Of a DNA stretch of 64,000 nt, positions 54,734 through 64,000 are shown one piece after another (the stretch's first letter is position 1; each line of letters opens with the position of its first letter). The stretch comes from Eledone cirrhosa (taxonomy: Eukaryota), in assembly GCA_964016885.1 (NCBI GenBank), contig OZ024745.1:20956001-21020000 (forward strand), given 5' to 3'. A program made the translations under genes and the position numbers. A model generated the notes under the pieces. That model was not told where the DNA came from and did no database searches. It was given only the letters and a program-made list of their open reading frames with translations.

Positions 54734-57700
54734 ATCGTCTTTTCTTCTTCTTCTCCCCCCCCCCCCCCCCCTCAGCCTCCACCTCCTTCGTCATCTTTGT
54801 CCTTTTCATTCTATTTCTAATTCATCTCCCCCGCCCCGTCCCCTCTTGCCAATTCACCTCCCATTTCTCCCCACCCTCACACTCCCTCTATTCTTGCTCC
54901 TCCCCCTCACCCCCCTCCCCACATACCCGGACTACCACTACCACTGTTTCCAAAACATATTCTACCATCTTTCCATTTTGACATAAACACCACCATCACC
55001 ATCACCTTATCACCTCCATCACCACCACCGTCGCCACCATCACCTCAACACCACCATCACGATCACCATCACCATCATCACCTCAACACCACCTCCACCA
55101 TTACATCAACACCACCATCACCTCATCACCACCATCGCCACCACCACCATCACTACCATCACCACCACCACCATCACACCACCATCACCTCAACACCACC
55201 ATCACCTCAACACCACCATCACCTCAACAACACTACCACCATCATAACACCACCACCATCACCTCAACACCACCATAACACCACCATAACCTCAACACCA
55301 CCGTCAACACAACACCACCACCACCATCACCTCAACACCACCACCACCATCACATCAACACAACACCACCACCACCATCACATCAACACAACACTACCAC
55401 CACCATCACCTCAACACCACCACCACCATCACCTCAACACCACCACCACCATCACCTCAACACCACCATCACCTCAACACCACCACCAACACAACAGCAC
55501 CACCACCGTCAACACGACACCACCACCACCATCACCTCAACACCACCACCACCATCAACATAACAGCACCACCACCATCACCTCAACACCACCACCACCA
55601 TCAACACGACACCACCACCACCATCACCTCAACACCACCACCACCATCAACACAACAGCACCACCACCGTCAACACAACACCACCACCACCATCACATCA
55701 ACACCACCACCGCCTCAACACCACCACCACCGTCAACACAACAGCACCACCACCGTCAACTCAACACCACCATCACCTCAACACCACCACCACCATCACC
55801 TCAACACCACCACCACCATCACCTCAACACCACCACCACCATCACCTCAACAACACCACCACCGTCAACTCAACACCACCACCACCATCACCTCAACACC
55901 ACCATCACCTCAACACCACCACCACCATCACCTCAACACCACCACCACCATCACCTCAACAGCACCACCACCGTCAACTCAACACCACCATCACCTCAAC
56001 ACCACCACCACCATCACCTCAACACCACCACCACCACCACCACCTCAACAGCACCACCACCGTCAACTCAACACCACCACCACCATCACCTCAACACCAC
56101 CATCACCTCAACACCACCACCACCATCACCTCAACACCACCACCACCATCACCTCAACAGCACCACCACCGTCAACTCAACACCACCATCACCTCAACAC
56201 CACCACCACCATCACCTCAACACCACCACCACCACCACCTCAACAGCACAACCACCATCACCTCAACACCACCACCACCATCACCTCAACACCACCACCA
56301 CCACCACCTCAACAGCACAACCACCACTACCACTGCCACAAGCACCACAACCTCCACCACCACAATCTCAACCTCCACCACTATCATCCCCACCACCATC
56401 ACCATCATTAAAAATACTCCCCCCCCCCCCCTTCAACCTTCACCACACCACTTACCCCCAATCTTTCCGTTTCCTTCCCCCTTCACTCACCTCTACACCC
56501 CACCTATATATCTGTCCACCCCTCCACTACGTCCTGTCCACTGCACCACGCCCCCACCCATGCTCTTGTCTGGAACTCCATCCGTCGCAGCCAAGCACAG
56601 CTTACCCCCCCCTCCCTTTGCGCCATCCCCACCTCACCCACCCCACGGCACCCCTCTTCCGTCCTCCCCTTCCACTCCCACACACACCACACATATCTCC
56701 AAACACCCCACCACCACCACCTCTCACCCCTTTTACTCCGGAATCCCTTACCATACTACACACCACTTCACACCACTCTACACCACACCAACACCCCCTT
56801 TTCATTCTCTCTCTCTCTCTCTCTTTAGCTATTTACTCTTACCACCACCCCTACAACCAAAACAACTCATTCGTTCATTCCCTCCTACTTCCTCACACGC
56901 TTCTCTTTCCCTTCCTAACATTCACCCCCCCCCCCCACACACTAACCCCCGCCCCCACACACCACCACCACCACAACCTTCAACGCTACCACTAACACCA
57001 ACGCCACCACCAGCAATAACACTACCACCACCACCGACAGTAAGACTACCACCACCACTAACACCACCACCACTGCAGTAAGACTACCACCACCACCACC
57101 ACCACCACCACCACCACCAACAGTAAGACTACCACCACCACTAACACCACCACCACTGCAGTAAGACTACCACCACCACCACCACCACCACCACTAACAC
57201 CACCATCAACACGAACACTAAGACTACCACCACCACTAACACCAACACCACCACCAACACCAAGACCACCACGACCACCACCACCACCACCACTAACACC
57301 AACACCACCGCCAGCACCAAGACCACCACGACCACCACCACCACCACCACTAACACCAACACCACCGCCAGCACCAAGACCACCACCACCACCACCACCA
57401 CCACCACTAACACCAACACCACCGCCAGCACCAAGACCACCACCACCACCACAAGCACCAACACCACCACCACCACCACCACTAACACCAACACCACCGC
57501 CAGCAGTATGACTACCACCACCACCACCACCACCACCACCAAGACCACCACCACCACCACTAACACCAACACCACCACCAGCACCAAGACCACCACCACC
57601 ACCACCAGCACCAAGACCACCACCACCACCACTAACACCAACACCACCGCCAGCAGTATGACTACCACCACCACCACCACCACCACCACCACCACCAAGA

Positions 57701-57855
57701 CCACCACCACCACCACTAACACCAACACAACCGCCAGCAATATGACTACCACCACCACCGCCAGCACTAAGACTACTACCACCACCTCCATCGCCACCAC
57801 TACTACTAAACACCACCAACAACACTATCCCCACCATCACCACCATCATCATCAC
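50455..57855. repeat. Succession of C/A-rich simple and minisatellite blocks
   Basis: CACCACTACAC (50455-51780), (CACAC/TACAC)n (52025-53530), CCACCCGACCACCATCA (53610-54440), CACCATCACCTCAA (54990-56400), ACC/AAGAC (56960-57855). Confidence 0.9.
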
Positions 57856-57964
57856 CCGACACAATGTGTCTGCTCACCACCACTTCCCCCCCCCCCCCCG
57901 CCTGCCACGCAACCAGACAACCGTCTCTCTCTGCCCTCCCCTCTCCCCCTCTCTCTCTAGAGTC

Positions 57965-58110
57965 CCTTACTAATTAATTTATCTTCGTTTAACAGGGAAC
58001 TCTGTCGGAAAGACGCAGCCTCGATCTGAAATTCTTCCGCTTCAGCCGCAGACGACAAGATGGCTCGCCTCCTTTCTATCACTACTCCTCCCTCTCTCCA
58101 TTTATATAGT
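57965..58110 (-). promoter_or_regulatory. Candidate promoter and non-coding first exon
   Basis: Minus strand: TATATAAA (58108-58101), YY1-like GCCATCTTG (58064-58056), ETS-like GCGGAAG, donor-like TA|GTAAGG at 57970. CpG-containing unique sequence among repeats. Confidence 0.3.
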
Positions 58111-58375
58111 CCTATTCTTCCTTCTTCTCTCTGTTCCCTCACTAACATATGCTGGCATTCTCTCTCTCTCTCAATCCCTCTCTCCTTTCTTTCTCCATCT
58201 CTCTTTCCCTCTTCCCTCACTCTTTTCTCTCTCTATCCCTTTCTCTCTTTCACTCCCCTCCTCTCTCTCTTATTCTGATAGTCAGTGATTTCTACTACCC
58301 CACCTCGCGACACTCTCCCTTCTTACATTCTTCGTCCAACTATCAATCTTACTACATTTCCATCTATCTATCCCC

Positions 58376-58433
<58 letters not shown>

Positions 58434-58450
58434 ACCTCTCTCTCTCTCTC

Positions 58451-59293
<843 letters not shown>

Positions 59294-59350
59294 ATATATA
59301 TATATTCAAAATATTAACAAAAATAGACATTCGTGTGATCAAGTATATTT

Positions 59351-59410
59351 TATTATACATATTTCAGAGGTACTGAGCTAACTTCAACAGTACGTCCTCA
59401 TCAGATAAAA
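59351..59410 (-). ncRNA. Hammerhead-like motif
   Basis: TTAT-CTGATGA-GGAC-GTACTG-12nt-CAGTAC-CTCT-GAAA-TAT-GTA-TAA. Core intact, base of stem II imperfect. Confidence 0.5.
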
Positions 59411-59525
59411 TAAGATGATGCATGACATACCCTGACATAGTAGATGGTTAAGATGGTGCTGTTGAGTGCTTCCAATCTTGTGGAAACTCATTCTTTGATT
59501 TATTCATTGATCCTTGTTTAACCAT

Positions 59526-59561
<36 letters not shown>

Positions 59562-59568
<7 letters not shown>

Positions 59569-60054
59569 CATAAATGGCAATTTCTGTCGGTTTGTTTGTT
59601 TGTGAACCTAAAACTAAAAAAACTACCAAACCGATCTTGATGAAACTTGACACGTGTGGGGGGCTCTGCCCATTTGATTTCTTACGTATATTTCATTTTA
59701 ATGAAGCGTTCCTTTTTTTTCCTTCGATTTATATGAAATTCAAATAAGTGTAAGTGACAAGATATGATGCCTATTCACAAAATGTCAGCAAATTTCAATA
59801 ATACTAAGACACCCTAATGGGGTTTCTATGTTTTTCCTTATAGCAACACCCAACTTCTCTGACAAACATATTTTCACCTGACCAATGCAATCAACAATAT
59901 TTTTGTTTGTATTATTGTTTCGTAAATGAATTTGTCTTCGCTTTTCATTATCTGTCCTATATTTTGATTTCATTTTTGGTCTGAGAGGCATTGGGCATTT
60001 TAATGGGAACTGGGAATACTCCCACTCCCGGGTATTACCGGGTACGTCAGCTAG
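59562..60054 (+). mobile_element. Non-autonomous Helitron (family H2a)
   Basis: 3' hairpin CCCGG-gtatta-CCGGG, 8 nt, then CTAG|T. 5' region has (TGTT)n. Shares ~100 bp with the next element. 5' end uncertain. Confidence 0.7.
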
Positions 60055-60055
60055 T

Positions 60056-60683
60056 ATATATATATAAAGTTGTAGTTCCTGTCTGTTTGTTTGTCTGTTT
60101 GATTATTCACGAACTCCTATGTTTTTGGAGATAGACCCCCATAACCATATATATTATGAAACTACATTGCCCAGGGTACTTGGATAAGTATATTTCATTT
60201 TAATCAAAGGGTTCCCCGGGGGCACAAACCCCCGCTGAAAATGTTTTCCATTCGATTTATATGAAATTTAAACCACAGGTAAATGACAAGATATGATGCC
60301 TATTCACAAAATTTCAGCAAATTTCAATAATATTAAGACACCCTATGATGGTTAAACCCCCTATAGTGAACATTTTGGAAGCCCATAACTTGAGAATTGG
60401 AACTTTGAATTTCTAATTTGAAAATAATGCTTTACACAAAAATGAAATGATCAAGTTTTGAATTGATATTTTGAAAAAAATTATTTACAAGAAACAAAAT
60501 AAGAATAAGATTTAATAATGTAATTTTGATTTGATATCTTACAAAAAATGCATTACATTTTACATTGAGTAATATTGAAATGCAGAGTTTTTTTCCATAA
60601 ATTATATCACTGATTTAAAATCAATCATCATTTTCTTACAAAACAAATCTGTGAAACGTAGCAAGGCGCGGGTAATTCGGCTA

Positions 60684-60684
<1 letters not shown>
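60056..60684 (+). mobile_element. Non-autonomous Helitron (family H2b), tandem to H2a
   Basis: Ends CGTAGCAAGGCGCGGG-taattcgg-CTAG|T. 5' (TGTT/TGTC)n. Shared TTCGATTTATATGAAATT..GACAAGATATGATGCCTATTCACAAAAT block. Confidence 0.65.
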
Positions 60685-60729
<45 letters not shown>

Positions 60730-61010
60730 GTCTTCTCTGTGTTTCTCTGAAAGAGAGAGAGGTAGACAAAGAGAAAGAAAAAGATAGAAGGATAATTAAA
60801 TAGACAGGCAGATGATACACACACACACACATACACACGCGCATATATATACACAGACTCACACGCGCATATATATATATATATATATGTGAACTAGAAA
60901 TTGATTGACATATATATATATAAAATAAACATATGAAACAATGGATATGGCGCATGTCTCTCTGACATGACGACCTTAATTTAATTTAATTTAATTTTGG
61001 ATATATATAT

Positions 61011-61296
61011 ATATTTGAAAAAAAAGGAAAAGAATGACTTCACTTGTAGTGTTAAATAATTTGATTTAATGTTATAATATCATAATATCATGAGTTTGTA
61101 GATCCGGTAAGTTCTTCGGTGGGAAGAATTTTAAAGATTCCTGGTTAACTTTGTTGGAGAACTTTTTCGCATTCGTCGGTGGCGATTGTCAAACTGAGAT
61201 CTGGTTGTGTTGTGATGTGTGACTATATATAAGAGAGATTTGGATGTGTGTGGGGTGGGGTGTTAATGAGTGTTGATGAAGATTTGGAGGAATTAA

Positions 61297-61336
<40 letters not shown>

Positions 61337-61514
61337 TACATATATTGCCACCGACGAATGCGAAAAAGTTAACCAGGAATCTTTAAAATTCTTCCCACCG
61401 AAGTTAACAAAGAACTTACTAGATCTACCAACTCATAATATTATATTATTATAAAATTAAATCAAATTATTTACCACTACAAGTGAAGTCATTCTTTTCC
61501 CTTTTTTCAAATAT
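61011..61514. repeat. Inverted repeat, ~175-bp arms with ~155-bp spacer
   Basis: 61011-61186 is the reverse complement of 61344-61514 with small indels. Confidence 0.85.
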
Positions 61515-61570
61515 ACCTAACCTAACTGTACCAAGGATCTCACACATATTCCAATATATATATATATATA

Positions 61571-62371
61571 ACTTCTTCCTTGTTGAAAATCCAAGTCTCC
61601 ACTTCCGTGGTTTACCATCCGATTAATTGGTGAAATATATTTCTTTAATGGAATATATACAGGGAAGATTAATCATATTATAAGGTATCTATTTTTGAAG
61701 TTCTGGTCAACTTTATTTAGTTACCTACCTAGCTATGTGTGGTTACCACTTGTAAAAATTATCTCCTGTGATTATTCATGTTTCTTTCTATGTTAATCAA
61801 TTTCTAGTTATTATAAAATGCTCGGACCTACTCGTTAGAATCTTAGAGCTTATTTTGCGGGTGATATGGCGCATGTCTCCTGACATGACACCCATAATTT
61901 TGATTTAGATTAAATTCATTTGATTTATCTTAATTTTGGATATAGATATATAAATACGGCTCCTTAATTGTAGAGCTAACTCTGTTGAAAGGACTCAACT
62001 GCTGTTTCTAGTTGTCGATAACCCTATTCACGCCACTGGGACGAAGCTAGTATGATGTGTGTATTTCTAGTAAATACAACACGTGCTGGCCAGTCGCTGA
62101 TTTGAACTTGAAGTGTAAACACGGATTGCTGGAACTTCTTCCTTGTTGAAAATCCAAGTCTCCACGTCCGTGGTTTACCATCCGATTAATTGGTGAAATA
62201 TATTTCTTTAATGGAATATATACAGGGAAGATTAATCATATTATAAGGTATCTATTTTTGAAGTTCTGGTCAACTTTATTTAGTTACCTATCTAGCTATG
62301 TGTGGTTACACACTTGTAAACATTATCTCCTGTCATTATTCATGTTTCTTTCTATGTTAATCAATTTCTAG

Positions 62372-62374
<3 letters not shown>
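61571..62374 (-). repeat. ~240-bp near-identical direct repeat (61571-61812 and 62134-62374), possible PLE RT relic
   Basis: Direct comparison. Minus strand YD.INL...IPLKE-like motif across frameshifts. Confidence 0.7.
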
Positions 62375-62401
<27 letters not shown>

Positions 62402-62406
<5 letters not shown>

Positions 62407-62547
62407 AAAAAGAATGACCCCGACAGCTGAGCTCCAGCCGTTTCGACGGCTACTTCTGGACTCTTTTTCCTATTTCCCACTCTACTACCCTAAGTATTGA
62501 GTACTCTGGTGCGTTATGGTCCATCTGGTTCCTTACCACAATTCATT

Positions 62548-62550
<3 letters not shown>
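62402..62550 (+). mobile_element. Palindromic mini-element copy 3 with most of the right arm deleted
   Basis: Left arm and tail homologous to 1272-1470. Only TCTTTTTCCTAT of the right arm remains. (TA)n flanks. Confidence 0.85.
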
Positions 62551-62609
<59 letters not shown>

Positions 62610-62659
62610 TCATATTAGATATAAACGTATGTATGTATAGATATATGTATGAATGTATC

Positions 62660-64000
62660 TAGGTGGGTAGTAGATAGGTAGGTAGGTAGATAGGTAGGTA
62701 GGTGGGTAGGTAGATAGGTAGGTAGGTGGGTAGGTAGGGTGGTTGGTTTAGGGTGGGTAGTAGATAGGTGGGTGGGTGGGTGGGTAGGTAGGTAGGTAGG
62801 TAGGGTGGTTGGTTGGGTAGGTGGGTGGGTAGGTAGGTGGGTAGGTAGATAGGTAGGTAGGTGGGTAGGTAGATAGGTAGGTAGGTAGGTAGGTGGGTAG
62901 GTGGGTAGGTAGGTAGTTGGATAGGTAGGTGGGTAGGTAGGTAGGTAGATAGGTAGGTAGGTAAATAGGTAGGTGGGTAGGTAGATAGGTAGGTAGGTGG
63001 GTAGGTAGATAGGTAGGTAGGTAGGTAAGTAGGTGGGTAGGTAGGTAGGTAGTTGGATAGGTAGGTGGGTAGGTAGTAGGTGGGTAGGTAAGTGGGTAGG
63101 TAGGTATGTGGGTAGGTAGTTGGGTAGGTAGGTAGGTAGGTAGGTAGGTAGGTAGGTAGGTAGGCAGAGAGGTGGGTAGGTAGGTGGGTAGGTAGGTAGG
63201 TAGGTAGGTAGGTATGTTAGTAGGTAGGTAGGTAGGTAGGTAGGCAGGTAGGTAGGTAGGCAGGTAGGTTGGTAGGTAGGTAGGTAGGTAGGTAGGTAGG
63301 TAGGCAGGTAGGTGTATAGGTAGGTAGGTAGGTAGTTGGGTGGGTAGGTAGGTAGGCAGAGAGGTGGGTAGGTAGGTGGGTAGGTAGGTAGGTAGGTAGA
63401 TAGGCAGGTAGGTAGGTAGACAGGTAGGTAGGTAGGTAGGTAGGTGGGTAGGTAGGTAGGTAGGTAGGTAGGTTGGTAGGTAGGTAGGTAGGCTGGTAGG
63501 TAGGTAGGTAGGTAGGTAGGCTGGTAGGTAGGTAGGTAGGCAGGTAGGTAGGTTGGTAGGTAGGTAGGTAGGCTGGTAGGTAGGTAGTTAGGTAGGTAGG
63601 TAGGTAGGTAGGTAGGCAGGTAGGTAGGTAGGCAGGTAGGTTGGTAGGTAGGTAGGTAGGTAGGTAGGTAGGTAGGTAGGTAGGTAGGCTGGTAGGTGGG
63701 TAGCTAGGTAGGTAGATAGGCAGGTAGGTGGGTAGGTAGGTGGGTAGGTGGTTAGGTAGGTAGGCAGGTAGGTAGGAAGGTAGGTAGGTAGGCAGGTAGG
63801 TTGGTAGGTAGGTAGGTAGGCTGGTAGGTAGGTAGGTAGGTAGGTAGGTAGGTAGGCTGGTAGGTAGGTAGGCAGGTAGGTAGGTTGGTAGGTAGGTAGG
63901 TAGGCTGGTAGGTAGGTAGTTAGGTAGGTAGGTAGGTAGGTAGGTAGGCAGGTAGGTAGGTAGGCAGGTAGGTTGGTAGGTAGGTAGGTAGGTAGGTAGG
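62660..64000. repeat. (GGTA)n tetranucleotide microsatellite with GGTG/GGCA/GATA variants
   Basis: Direct inspection. Runs off the window end. Confidence 0.97.

Noticed and set aside
51985-57960. His/Thr/Pro- and Gly/Val-rich ORFs
   Set aside because: Low-complexity repeat translations with no splice or start context.

Overview
Repeat-saturated eukaryotic, apparently non-genic or intronic DNA. The SINE families and dense (TA)n/(CA)n tracts suggest an octopus or other cephalopod (inference). No host protein-coding exon could be supported, and most ORF-track entries are microsatellite artefacts. The window contains: (1) a near full-length ~5.7 kb Tx1-clade LINE on the minus strand (CCHC ORF1; APE-RT-zinc finger ORF2) with (GATA)n on both flanks; (2) a 5'-truncated but uninterrupted Penelope-like element (RT-GIY-YIG, Naiad-like) in (TA)n, followed by a well-formed minimal type I hammerhead ribozyme; (3) many other Penelope fragments, several further hammerhead-like motifs and at least four unrelated fold-back mini-elements, including a three-copy palindrome family whose copy-specific differences are mirrored in both arms; (4) four non-autonomous Helitrons, a mariner-type MITE, RTE-like LINE fragments and about 14 tRNA-SINE copies; (5) 23-, 21- and 49-bp satellites and long simple repeats. 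A possible minus-strand promoter and first exon lies near 58 kb.
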